This document shows positions 36,310-49,658 of a stretch of 64,000 nt of DNA, piece after piece. This DNA is from Mobula birostris. Taxonomy: Eukaryota. Under the pieces are notes generated by a model. The model was not told the DNA's origin. It saw only the letters and a program-made list of their open reading frames with translations, and did not search any database. The translations under genes and the position numbers were made by a program. Position 1 is the stretch's first letter, and the number at the start of each line of letters is the position of its first letter. The DNA is taken from the NCBI RefSeq assembly GCF_030028105.1, contig NC_092370.1:113908793-113972792 (forward strand), written 5' to 3'.

Positions 36310-36530
36310 GTTGGAGTGTTGGGGTGTCACACCGATCAAGGCGTCTGAGATCTTGATGACAGCTCACACCACCGCTTCACTCCTTTTAGAAGCCGCAAGC
36401 TGCCACTTCCATTTGGTGTGATGATGTCGCAGACTCCCATTTACTACTGAAGCTCAAGGCAAAATTTCAATCTGGGTCTCACTTTCACCACATGACCCTG
36501 GAGCCCAAATCAGCCATTGCTTGCAGAATG
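36310..36530 (-). promoter_or_regulatory. Decayed family-B V promoter upstream of V3
   Basis: Homologous to 63780-63995; the CRE site reads TGATGTCG. Confidence 0.55.
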
Positions 36531-37959
36531 CCATCTATAGCCTTGGGGTGAAATCGTGCACTTGCATCTTACCATCTCAAGTGGTGCCTGTTTGTCCTGT
36601 TCCACACCAGACGTCTGGCCTCATGTCAGCTATCACTACACGTCTCCTCAATGTCTTGGTGAACTTCATGTTCCTGGGCATCAACATCTCAGATGATCTA
36701 CCCTGGTGCCCAACATATTGATGCAACCGTGAACTAGGGTGCAAGGGGTTGTGGACTCAGCTACCTTCATCATGCATACAAGCCTTCCAGGACCAAATTC
36801 TCGCCCTCCTTCATCAGATTTCTGAACAGTATGTGGCCCCAAAGATTCAAGATTCAAAGTACATTTATTATCAAATTATGTATGCAAAACATTGAAATTC
36901 GTCTTCCCACAGCCAGCTTCAAAACAAAGAACCATAGACCCAAACTATTCAAAAAACATCAAACATCAGACACCCCCCCCAAAAAAAATCACGCAAACGG
37001 CAACAAAAAAGAGTGAAAATACAACATCAAAAGGTATATTTCAGTACTGTTCAGATCAGTGTTCATTATCTACAGGCCACCCCAAGTCAAAAATCTCCCG
37101 AGAGTAGTACAGTAACAAAAAAGAGCAACCAGAACAAGAACGAGAAACTAGAACATATCATAAACCTGATTAGAGTCTAAATCTACAATCCGCATCGATT
37201 AAACCTTGCTCCGGCATTTTCCATCGACAGCTTCGAATGAGAGAGAGATCACTCGAATGCAAAGACCTTCCCTCAGGAGCTGCGAGCAAGAGAGACCGAG
37301 AGTTGACCAAGTGCAGATACTTCCTCCAGCCGCAGCGAGCGAGAGGCTGATAGATGGCGCTGAACACTTGCCTGTTTTCTGCACCCACCTTAATGATTTC
37401 AATCTCCCTCGGCGCTTTAATCCGTGAGATCTGTGAGAGATGGAGTCGATCGCGGGCTCGCGCCCCATCTTCTGTCTTCCTTGATTCCATCTCGCAAAGT
37501 TAGCTTGCAGCCCTGAGGAACGCTCTCGGAAACAACAAAGCGCCAAATTGCCCGATCAGCCCGAAATCACACTACTAGAATGTAGATTACTGGCTCTCTA
37601 ACAGCAGCAGGACCATATCTGAAATAAAAAGAGATGTAAATGAAGTGAAAAGAATTGCTTCGCAACCCGTCCTGAGGATGTTGTCTTTGGTAGCGTCGTT
37701 CGCTGTCGCCATCTTCTTCCGGAGCACTTCCTCTGAGCACATTGTGACGGTACCTCTTTTGCACTACTTGTCTAGCTATATAGATTTAACTGTAACTTAC
37801 AGTAATTTTCTATGTCTTGTACTTTGCTGTCACAAAACAACAAATTTCATGACATACTTCAGCGATAATAAACCTCATTCTGATTCAGTATTCCAGGTGA
37901 AGCCTCACCAACAAACTGTACAATTATAACACCCCCTCCCAAATCCAACCCCTTTGTCT

Positions 37960-40900
37960 TATTAACTACTGATAGAGTCCTAGAGCACTACAGCAGAGGA
38001 AGAAAGCCTTTGGCCCAATTAGTCTACACCAAACTATTATTCTACCTAGTTCCGTTGTCCTGCTCCAGGACTATAGTCCTTTAAACTTCTCCCATCTGTG
38101 TACTTATCCAAACTTCCTTCACAGTTTGAAATTAAACCAACATCCACCACTTCTACTGGCAGCTCGTTTCACACTCGCACCATCCTCTGAGTGAAGAAGT
38201 TGCCCCTCATGTTCCCCTTGAATATTTCACCCTTCACCCTTACCTTTTGGCTTCTAGTTCTAATTTTGCCCAGCCTCAGAGGAAAAAAGCCTACTTACAC
38301 TTCCCCAATTGATACCCCTCATAGTTTTTAATACCTATATCAAAACTCCCACCATTCTCCTACACTCCAGACAATAAAGCTACAGTATAACCTATTCAAC
38401 CGGTCCCTATAGCTCAGGTCCTCGAGTTCTGAAAGCATTATTGTAAATTTTATTTGTAACCTTTCAATCTTACTTGTAGGTAGGTGACCAGAACTACACA
38501 CAAATATTTGGCCTCAACAAAGTTTTACAAAACTTCAACATAACATCCCAAACTTATACTCAATACTCTGAAAGTCAATGTGCTAAAGTTCTGTCCACCA
38601 ACCTATCTATGTGTGATGCCACTTGCAAGGAATTATTGAACTATACTCCCAGATTCTTCTGTTCTACCACAGTCCTCAATGCCGTACTGTTACATTGTGT
38701 AAGCCCTACCCTGGTTTGTCCTCCCAAAGAGCAACACCTCGCACTTGTCTGCATTAAATTCAAGTTACCATTTTTTACCCCATTATTCCAGCTGGTCCAG
38801 ATCCTGCTGCAAGCTTTGATAGCCTTCTTCGCTGTCCACTATGCTCCCAAAATTTGCTGATCAGGTTTACCGCATTATCAATCAAATTGTTGATATAGGT
38901 GACAAACAGCAATGAACCTAGCATGGATCCCTGCAGCACAACACGAGTCACAGATCTCAGGTTAGAGAGGCAACCATCTAATATTGCTTTTCCTGCGAAG
39001 CCTGTATTGAATCCAGTTTGCTACCTCATCATAAATGCCAAGTGACTGAAACTTTCTGACTAACCTCCCATCCAGGACTTTGTCAAGGGCCTCACTAAAG
39101 TCCATGTAGACAACATCCACTGTATTCCCTTCATCAATTTTTCTGGTAACCTTCTCGAATAATTCTATAAGTTTGGTTAGACAAGACCTAACATACACAA
39201 AGTCACGTTGACTTTCCTTTACCAGGCCCTGTCTATCCAAACAATTATATATCCTATCTCTCAGAATACCTTTCAGTAATTTACCCACTACTGGTGTTAG
39301 GCTCAAGGACCTATAATTTACTGGCTTATTCCAAGACCCTTTTGTGAACAACAGAATATCATTATCTATCCTCTTGTCCTCAGGCATCTCAGGACTTAGG
39401 ATGCCTAAGGATGGCATAGGATGTTATAAATCCTTCTGCTAAGGTCTCTGCAATTTCTGCAGTAGCCTCTTGCAAAGGTCTGAGGGAACAACTTCTCAGG
39501 CTCGCTGAACTTATCCACCTTAATTTGCCTCAAAACAGCAAGCACCTCTTCTGTAATCCATATAGTCTATGACTTCACCACTGTTCATCCTCAGTCTGTG
39601 TTCATCTCCTAAGTAAATCCAAATGGAAAAAATCCATTTAAGATCTCCCCCCCATCTCTTTCAGTTCCACAAATAGATAACCACACTGATCTTCAAGAGG
39701 ACTAATTTTGTCCCTTGTTATCCTTTTGCTCTTAATATAACTGTAGAAGCTCTGAGGATTCTCCTTTACCTTGTCCTCCTATTATCTTTGCTTTTTATTC
39801 TGATAGGAACATATAAACTCTGTACTGTCAAAATTTCACTTTTGAAGGCCTCTCGCTTACCAAACATCCCAGACAACAAATATTGCCAGAAAACAACTGA
39901 TCCCATTCCACATCTGCCAGATCCTTTCTGAAGCCATCAAAACATACTTTTTCTTCTTATTTAGAATCTCAACCCAATGATCAGACCTATCCTTCTCCAT
40001 AATTATATTGAAACTAGTAGAATTATGTTCTCTATATCCAAAGTGTTCCCCTACGCACACTTCTGTCACTCACCCTGTCTCATTCCCTAATAGTACATCT
40101 AGTACCACACTTTCTCTAGTTGGGAACTCTATATATTAAGGAAACTTTCCTGAACACATTTGACAAATGAAATCTCATCCAGTCCTTTTGCAGTATTTGA
40201 TTCCTAGTGAATATATGGAAAGTTGAAATCACCTATTAGCACAACCTTATTTCTCTTGCAACTGTCTGCTATCTCTCTACAAATTTGTTCCTCTAAATCC
40301 CATTGACTATTGGGCGGTCTATAATGTAACCTTATTAACATGGTCATCTCTTTCTTATTCCTGAATTCTATCCATGTAGTTTTTACAGACAAGTTCTCCA
40401 GCCTCCAGTCTGAGACACTTTCCCTGATTAGTAATGCCATTCCTCTGCACTTCCATACACATCCTTCTATCATGTTTAAAACAATGGAACCCCGGAATAT
40501 TGAGCAACCTGTCCTGCCCCATCCTGTAACTGAGTCTCACTAATGGCTACTGTATCACAATTCCACGTGCTGCTCCATCATTTAAGTTAATCTGCATTAT
40601 CTACAATACTCCTTGCATTAAAATAGACCCAACTCACAACATTAGTCCAACAATGCTCAACATTTTGATTCCTGTCTTTGTATGTAGGCTTAATATCTTC
40701 ATTTCTCACAAGCATTCTATTATCTTCTCTGGCACTCTGGTTCCCATCCCCCTGCAACTGTATTTTAAACCCTCCACAGTGGCAATAGCAAACCTTCCCG
40801 CACGCATATTGGTCCCCTCCAGTCCAAGTGCAAGCCATCACATTTGTACAGGTCCCACCTTCCCTGAAAGAGAGTCCAATGATCCAATGATCTGAAGCCC

Positions 40901-41830
40901 TCTCACCATCTTGCTAGCCACATGTTAAACTGTATTATCCTCCTATTTCAAGCCTCACTAGCATGTGGTAAGGGTAGCATTCCTGACATTACCACTTTGT
41001 AGCTCCTGTCCTCTAACTTTAGCACCTAGCTCCCTAAACTCACTCTGCAGGACCTTGCCACCTTTCCTTCCCATGTCATTGGCACTGACTTGGACACAAA
41101 CTCTGGCTGCTTATCTTCCCCTTAAGAATGCTATGGATTTGATCCAAGATGTCTCTAAACTCAGCACCCAGGAAGTAGCATACCATCCGGGTATCTTGTT
41201 CTCATACATAGAAACTTCCATCTGTTCCCCGAACCAATGAATCCCCTATCAAGACTGCTCACCCTCTTTTCCTCCCTTCCCTTCTGAATCACATAGTCTG
41301 ACTCAATGCCAAAGGCCTGTTTGCTTTTCCTCTGGCAGATCATCTTCTACACCCAGCAGTATCCAAACCAATATACTTGTTATTGATGTAATGGCCACAG
41401 GAGAGCCCTGCACTGGCTGTATTCCCTTTCCCTGTTCTTGCCATTTGTCTGTGTCCTGCATCTTAGGTGTAACTAGCTCCCTGTGTCTTCTGTCAGTCAA
41501 CTCTTCAGACTCCTGAATGATGTGGAGTTCATCCAACTCCAGCTCCAGTTCCCTAACATAGTCTATAAGAAGCTGCAGCTGGATGCACTTCTTGCAGGTG
41601 TAGTCATCAGGAACACTGGAGCCTGTCTTCCCACATCCTGCAAAGAGAGTACTTCACTGTCTTGATGGCCATTCCCACTGTTCTGACTGTGCAAAAGAAA
41701 GAAACTTCCCAGAAACTTACCGTAGGCACTTCCCCTCCTCTCTGACGCTTCTTGAGACAATGCCTCAATCTCCATAATTTTGCCTGTACACTCCAATGGC
41801 TGCACCCACAATGGCCACTCCATTTAAAAC
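37960..41830 (-). mobile_element. Long decayed CR1 (ORF1, APE, RT)
   Basis: NYRSLSLTPVVGKLL..YMDFSEALDKV (38962-39417); YRPPNS..GDFNFP (40204-40473); ORF1 zinc-finger start near 41600. Confidence 0.8.
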
Positions 41831-41999
41831 TGACTTTTATTTTGCATCGTATCAATTGTTAATAAACCAAACAATCTCAAGCTTGCATTTTTAAATCTTG
41901 TGCTCACTCACAGGTAAGTAAACTAGTTGGATCTGCTTGTTGGCTTTTTGTGATTCATCCACTAAAAGAGTAGTTCTCTCTAAACTTCACGCACTTGCA

Positions 42000-42620
42000 G
42001 TCTGTCCATTCAGATAATAATCTACCTTTTCATTCCTCTTAATAAAGTGCATGACTTCACAATTTCCCACCTGAAACTTTATTTGCCAGTCTTTTCCCAT
42101 TTACTCAACCTATCTATATCCCGTTATAGACCATAGCACATACTTCCACCCATTTATGTATCATTGACAAATTTGGATACTGAACATACTTACCATCCTC
42201 CAGGCTATTAATACAAACAGTGAACGACAGTGAGCCAAGAAGCAGTCCCTGAGTACTACACTAGGTACAACTTTCCAGTCTGAGAAGGGCTCATTTATTT
42301 CCAACTTTCAATTTTCTATGAGACAGATAGTATTCAGTCAATTTTAGCACACTTCATTTGATACTGCAGGCTTTTATTTGATGAACCAATCTTTTGTGTC
42401 GCACTTTGTCAAATGCCTTTTGAAAATCTAAATACACTATATCCACAAGTCCCCTCTGTAAACCCTCCTTGGCACACACCGAAAAAAATTCAAGCGAATT
42501 TGTCAAATATGATTTACCTTTCATAAATCCATATTGACTAGGTTTGATTATATTCATCTTTTATAAATGATTACCTATTTTATATTTGATTTTTGCCAAT
42601 AATAACTGTTAAACTAACTA
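42000..42620 (-). mobile_element. CR1-group RT fragment
   Basis: QYGFMKGKSYLTN..VDIVYLDFQKAFDKV (42354-42557). Confidence 0.75.
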
Positions 42621-42624
42621 CCCT

Positions 42625-42815
42625 ATAGTTTGCAAACATGAGAAAATCTGCAGATGCTGGAAATTCAAGCAGCACACACAAAATACTGGTGGAACGCAGC
42701 AGGCCAGGCAGCATCTATAGGAAGAAGTACAGTCGACGTTTCGGGCTGAGAACCTTCGTCAGGGCTAAATGAAAAAAGAGATAGTAAGAAATTTGAAAGT
42801 AGGAGGGGGAGGGGG
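42625..42815 (-). mobile_element. Penelope-type terminal repeat with minimal hammerhead-like motif (42731-42766)
   Basis: Reverse complement AGCC CTGACGA AGGTTCTCAGCCC GAAAC GTC GACT. Confidence 0.65.
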
Positions 42816-44816
42816 AGACCCTATAGTTCCTTGTCTTCTTTTTTGAAGAAAGAGGTCCTGTTGTCTCTTTTCCAATCTTCTGGTACCCTCTTGAAGTTTG
42901 GTGAATTAAGAAAAGTTTCAAACATGGTCCATTTTCTCCGCAGCCACTTAATTTGAATCCCTGGAGCACAGTATTGTGGATCCTGTGTCTAGTCCAACTG
43001 TAGTCCCCGAACTTTCTCCAATATTTCATCCCTTACAATTAGTTTTTCTGTAAGTTCTAATGTTATCTGATACCTTATACATATTAGCTATATCTACCAT
43101 GATTAAGATTGATGCAAAAATGTTTATTCAACATATCTGCCATTTCCTTGTTTGCTGACTTAAGTGCGTAGTCACTACTCTAAACTGCAGATGAAAACCT
43201 AGGCTGTTTAACTTGCCATTCTAGATGTTAGTAAAGTTCTCTAAATTGCTTCCAGTCCTTCCTTCAATAAAGGAACCAGAGCTGTGCACAGATGTGATCT
43301 CACCATTGCTTTAACGAAGACATTAGTGAAGACAGTGCAGTATCAGGAGATGAGTCACTCACCTCAGAATACTCAGACTCATGTTTGATGTCCCAGTTGT
43401 TAGAGACCATGGAAAATCAGTACCTTGACCACAGTACCTCTCCTTGCAATTTCCATTTTCCTGAATTAAGCCTTTATGGTGGAAGAAAGGTAATTAATCA
43501 AGCGACTAAAGATATCAAGCCCTGGGAAGAAATTCATGAATTAACTTTTTGGGCCTGGGCCTGGATGCTGAACAACCACTTTGTGTGAATTATGACACCA
43601 GTCCATGGAGTGATTTCCTATTGATGCCCATTGATTTTAGTTGTCCTGGGAGCTACAGTCAATCAAACACTGTCCCGGAATCAACGATAATCACTCTCAC
43701 CTCACCTCTGGATTTCAGTTCTTTGGTCTGCATTTGGACTAAGGTTGTGATGAGGTTTGGGTCCAAGGGAAACCAAATTTGAACACTGGCAAACAAGCTG
43801 ATAGTTCCATTTAATGCACTTTTGACAATATCCTACTGCATTTTTCTGAAGTTTGAGAGAATTCTGACTGGGTGATAATTGGCTTGATTGGATAGGCCTG
43901 CTGTTTGGAGAGAAATCTGGACAACTTTCCATCTGGTGGGGTCAATTCAGGGTTGTAACTCTATTAGAACAGCTTGGCTCGAGCTACAGCTGGTTCTAAT
44001 GTACAGGTCTTCAGTACTATAGCTGAGATGTTGTCTCATCTCAAAGTGCTTGCTCTCCAAGCACTTCTTTGTGCACATCAGAAATGTCAGTTTGCTGTAG
44101 GTGAGTTATCCACGTGCCTGTAGATTGCCAAAGTCAGAGCTGAATGCTCCCGCAACATTCTCTGGGGAGTGCTCTACAACAGGAATTCCACACTCCCCAT
44201 AGAAGTGCCCACTCAACCTGTAGATTCCTATCTCACCAGGTGAGATTCCTTCAACACATTCCCTGATATGTAGAGTTAACAGTATGGTAGTGTAAAGGTC
44301 ATGTCCTCAATTTTGGCTCCAGAACCTAAGGATTCTCTTGGTATGAGGTCAAATGCCTTTTGATTCTGGCACACTGTCCTCTGTCAGTTATTGTAGAAGC
44401 ACTCCCGAAGGTTGAACAACACTGGATGAATCACTAAAAATCACAAAGGGCACAAAATATTCTTTGGTGAGGAACTGCAATATCCCTCAACACCAATGAA
44501 TTGGTAACAGCACCGATAACCAAGCTGGACATAACTGACAGCGGGTAGTGAATGAACCGATGTAATAGAAATACTTACTATATGTTGTCATCAATAGTCT
44601 CCCTCTCCACAGGGACATTTGAAAGAGTGACCGTCTTCACACTGATGACACAGTTCATCATGTTTTGTGGCCTTTTAGTCATTGTATAGGTTCTATAAAT
44701 TTAGTCTATAAATTGTATAGATTCAGAATGAAATCAGAATCAGAAACAGGTTTTATTATCACTGATGTATGCCTTGAACTTCCTTGTTTTGTGGCAGCAG
44801 TACAGAGCAAGACATA

Positions 44817-44950
44817 NNNNNNNNNNNNNNNNNNNNNNNNNNNNNNNNNNNNNNNNNNNNNNNNNNNNNNNNNNNNNNNNNNNNNNNNNNNNNNNNNNNN
44901 NNNNNNNNNNNNNNNNNNNNNNNNNNNNNNNNNNNNNNNNNNNNNNNNNN
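44817..44950. other. Assembly gap (134 N) inside a Rex 3' end
   Basis: N run. Confidence 1.
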
Positions 44951-45097
44951 AACAGCGAGGTAGTATTCATGGGTTCATGGACCATTCAGAAATCTGACGG
45001 CAGAGCGTAAGAAGCTGGTCTGAATACAATGATAGTGGGTCTTCAGATTCCTGCCTCCTCCCTGGTGGTAGTATGAGAAGAGATGTTTCCAAGATGA

Positions 45098-45617
45098 TGT
45101 GGAAAGTGGCAACTCTTTATGTGCAGCTCCGAAGGAATCATTAAATATTCCCATTTAGGACTGTGTCATCGAAACACTAACTAAGAATACCAGAGTAACT
45201 TTGAGTTTCTTTTTAAGAGTTTATTAACATGATATCATGGAGAGTCTGCAGCAGTCTCCACCGCCACCAGAACTTCAATTTTAGGTTGTACAGAGCTCAT
45301 ATTTATACAGCAAGACAAAGAACTTCACATAACTTTGGCATCCCACGGTCAGTGCATGATCAATCGTTGAAAAGGTACGTCAATTATCTCTCAGCATGAG
45401 TCTCACAGTTCTTCCTGCTTCCTGTTATCAGGACTCACAACTTACCCCCAACGCATCCTCCCTCCTGGTTCCAGGGGCTAGTGTCTTATTAATTGGAGTT
45501 CCTGGTCTGCGCTTATCATCCAAGGTTATTCTCAACATGCATCAGCAGTCTTAAGCCCAACTGTTCCAGAATGGTCAAGTATCCCATCATACACTAGTTT
45601 TAACCATTTCTACCACA
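45098..45617 (-). mobile_element. Putative solo LTR
   Basis: TGTGG...CCACA termini; AATAAA and a TATA-like box on the minus strand. TSD is not convincing (gatga/gacta). Confidence 0.4.
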
Positions 45618-46278
45618 GACTACTACAGCTGAAATGCGAAATCACAGTCATGGATACTTCACTAAGTAACATTGTTTTAAGACGTTTAAAAATTTGTCAA
45701 TTCTCAAAATCGGCTGACCCCAGACTGCAGACTCTGGTCATAAGTGCAGTCTCCCTTTAAGAAAAAAGAAATGCAGAGTGTGTGCTCAGCTGAAAAAGTG
45801 ATTGAAATGTAGGGCCTTCAGACCTTAACTCTCTAACATCTTAATGGTGAACGTACAATCTCTGGAAAATAAAACTGAAGACCGGAGAGCAAGATTACAG
45901 TAACAGGAGGACATCGGAGCTGCTGTGTACTTTGCTTCATGGAAACATAGCTCACCCCTACCATTTTGGATACAGTACTGCAGCCTGAGGGCTTCACCAT
46001 CCATCGCATGGACAGACCAGAATCAGAATCAGAATCAGGTTTATTATCACCAGCATTTGACGTGAAATTTGTTAACTTAGTAGCAACAGTTCAATATAAT
46101 ACATAATCTATCAGAGAGAGAAAAAATAATTAATAAAATAAAGCATAATAATAAATAAACAAGTAAATCAATTATGTATACTGAATAGATTTAAAATGAT
46201 GTGCGAAAACAGAAATACTGTATATTAAAAAAGTGAGGTACTGTCCAAAGCTTCAATGTCCATTTAGGAACCGGATGG

Positions 46279-46520
46279 GGAGACTTCCGGTAGAGCTCAT
46301 GGAGTGAAGTCGTGTTCTTGACTCGCTCCATTACCTCTGAGCTTTATCCTATGATCAGCTACATTTAAGCTAACTTTTAAGGCACCGATTTTTACAATAC
46401 CTTGCAGCAGATTGCTATTATATATTTGGATGCTTTTAAGGTCCGCTATGTCTAAGAACGGGAAAGACGGCAAACCTTCGGTTAGACCGAAAGTTACCGA
46501 CCCCCTTCCGATTGAACCAG
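46279..46520 (+). mobile_element. L1-like 5' UTR and ORF1 start fragment between 13-bp direct repeats
   Basis: Starts ggagacttccggt; ORF1-like MSKNGKDGKPS. Repeats aggaaccggatgg (46266-46278) and aggaactggatgg (46521-46533). Confidence 0.55.
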
Positions 46521-46814
46521 AGGAACTGGATGGCAGAGGGGAAGAAGCTGTTCCTGAATCGCTGAGTGTGTGCCTTCAGACTTCTGTATCTCCTGCCTGA
46601 TGGTAACAGTGAGAAAAGGACATGCCCTGGGTGCTGGAGATCCTTAATAATGGACACTGCCTTTCTGAGACACCACAGAATCTCTTAAAGGTAGAGGGGA
46701 TGTAGTGTGCTTCATGATTAAATCATCATGGAAAACAGATGTGGTGGTTCTGTCTCAGTCCTGTATACCTGACCCAGAATGTCTAGTGTCAAGTATCATT
46801 CATTTTAAACATGA

Positions 46815-48715
46815 GGGAGTTTACTGCCATCATCCTGCTAGCAGTGAATATTCCACCACCGGCCAACATCAGGCAGGCACTAGAGGAGCTGAGCACCATA
46901 ATCAGCAGTTATGAAAAAGTGTATCCTGATGCCTTCCTGATTATTGCAGGGGATTTTAACCAGGCCAGCTTGAAGAAGTCTCTGAGCATCTACCACCAAC
47001 GTCACTTGTGGAACCAGAGGAGCCAACACACTTGGTCACTGTTAGATCACCATCAAGAACACTTACTGTGCCATCCAATGCTTGCACTTCAGCAAGCCCA
47101 GTCACTTGGCTGTACTTCTGCTCCCACGTACAGACAGAGTGGGGACAGCAGCACCAGTGGTGGGGACCATGAAAATATGGTCAAGGGAGGCGGAGGAGTG
47201 CTTACAGGTCTGCTTTGAATTGTGGAATGGACAATCTTCATGGATTCATCTTTGAATCTGAATGAATACACCACAGTTGTTACTGACTTAATCGACACCG
47301 GTGCAGATGAGCGTGTGCCTTCGAAAACATACCCAAACCAATAGCCGTAGATGAACCAGGATATTCGCAGTCACCTGAGGGTTAGATCTGTGGAGTTCAA
47401 GACCAGTGATCCAGAACTACACAAGAAGTCCAAGAACGACCTACGGGAAGCTACTTCAGGAGTTGAAAACAAGACTTTTGCAATTGAAGTGTGAGATTGA
47501 ATTGGATGCACGTCTGCCCTGGCAGGATTTGCAGGCTATTGTTTCCTACAAGGTGAAACCTAACATTGTGATTGGCTGTAATGCTTCAGTCCCAGATGAG
47601 CTCAACAACTTTTATTGCTGATTTGAAAAGGAGATTAAAGCTACAGCTGTCGAAATCATTGTAACAGTGAGAAAAGGGCATGACCTGGGTGCTGGAGGTC
47701 CCTAACAAGGGACACTGCCTTTCTGAGACACCACAGAATCTCTTAAAGGTAGAGGAGGTGTAGTGTTCTTCATGATTAAATCATCATGGTAAACAGATGT
47801 GGTGGTTCTGTCTCAGTCCTGTATACCTGACCCAGAATGTCTAGTGTCAAGTATCATTCATTTTAAACATGAATGATACTTGTCCAAATCCCTGTAGCAT
47901 CTGGTAACCCGGTGATCTCTGTCTTGAAGGCTGACATCAGGAAATCTTTAAGAGAGTGATCCCTTGCAAAGGGTCAGGCCCCGAGCGTGTACCTGGTAGG
48001 GCAATGAAAACTCATGCCTACGAACTGGCGGGATGTTCAAGGACAAGTTCAATCTCTCTATGCTGCAGTTGGATGTTTCCACCTGCTTCAAAAGGGCATC
48101 AATCATAAGAGAAGGTTGAGTTGACTCAATTACTATCACCCAGTAGCACTCACAACTATTGTGATGAAGAGCTTTGCGAGGTTGGCCATGGCTAGAATTA
48201 ACTATGGCCTGAGCAAGGACCTGGAATTGCTGCAATCTGGCTACTGGCACTACAGTGGGTGCAATCTCACTGGGTCTCCACTCGGCTGTGGACAATCTGG
48301 ATAACAACAGTACCTATGTCAGGCTGCTGTTTATTGATTACAGTTCAGCATTCATTGCCATCATCCCATCAGTATTAATCAACAAGCTTCAAAACCCAGC
48401 ACTTTGGACCTTCCTCTAGAAATGAATCGTTGACTTCCTCATAGGGACACCACAGTCAGTGAGGTTTGGTAATAACATTTCTTTCTCACTGACAATCAAC
48501 ACAGGTCCACATTAAGGTAGTGTGCTTAGCTCACTGCTCTACTCTCTCTGCACACATGACTGTTTGGCTGGGCACAGCTCAAGTACCATCTATAAATTGG
48601 CTGATGACACCACTGTTGGCAGAATCTCATATGGCAACGAGGAGGCATACAGGAGAGAGATAGATTAGATGGTTGAATGGTATCACATCAACAACTTTGC
48701 ATTGTGTCAGCAAGA
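46815..48715 (+). mobile_element. Decayed Rex1/Babar LINE (APE to RT)
   Basis: YPDAFLIIAGDFNQASL; VRLLFIDYSSAF; KLADDTTV. Confidence 0.8.
47661..47872 (+). repeat. 212-bp local duplicate of 46603-46814
   Basis: Near-identical direct repeat gtaacagtgagaaaagg...ttttaaacatga. Confidence 0.92.
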
Positions 48716-49579
48716 CTCAGTCAAAAAACTGGTCATTCACAAGTTGCTGTGGGGCAGCTGTAGCAGTGTTTCAGTACAAATGGTACCCTCGTGGCCCATT
48801 ACAAACCCTCATTCAACCATTACAGGCACTCTCTGGGTTATGAACAGGTTACATCTTAACAGATGTCCATAAATTGCATAAGCTGAGCCATACACAAGAT
48901 CGCTCAACTTGGTAAACGTACTTCCACAGAATTGTAGTGAATGGTGTGACTGTGAATAAACCACTGAAGGTCATGGTACGAGGAAGTAGGAGATCTTTAT
49001 TCAGCACAAGCAGGTCTTCTGGAGAATCCATTTCTCCTTTCCCTTTCCCAGCACTCTTCAGTACACTGAGCTTTTGCATCTTGCAACAGAAAGATGACAA
49101 TAGTGATGAATTACAGTTTCAGTCGTTATAGGGACCTACTTTAATGTTTTGAGTTTGATTAGGTAATCATGAAGAATTACATATTTAGAATGAGGGCACA
49201 TTCTAATTCACAGAATCCATTTGAACTTTCAACACTGGTCTGAGGAATCCTGAATACAAAACCTCTCACACCCAAAATTTACCACCTTTGTTACAGTGTT
49301 AAGGGAAGGCTCCCTCGTTATGGCAATTGTTCCCCACTTGAAAGAAGTGGTGCTGTCTTTAATAGCATGGGCATTTGGGCATTCCATAAATGCAGCCATT
49401 TGTTTGCAGAAAGGCTTAGAGTACATGGGGAAGGGTCCTTGTAATAGGGTGTGCAAATCAGACGAGCAGCTTGGAGCTGCAGGTTCCCACGTGACCCCAA
49501 AGGAAATGTTTTTGGCATTTCAGAAAGCCAAGGTCCCAAGGGAACAGGTAAATAGGGTTCCTACCCCCACCCTCTACAA

Positions 49580-49658
49580 CAGGGGTTCCCAATGTTTTTA
49601 TGTCATGGACCAATAGCATTAAGTAAGAAGTCCATGGATCCCAGGTTGGGAACCCAGA
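49580..49658. mobile_element. hAT-type MITE inside the ERV gag
   Basis: TIR caggggttcccaa ... ttgggaaccc. Confidence 0.7.
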
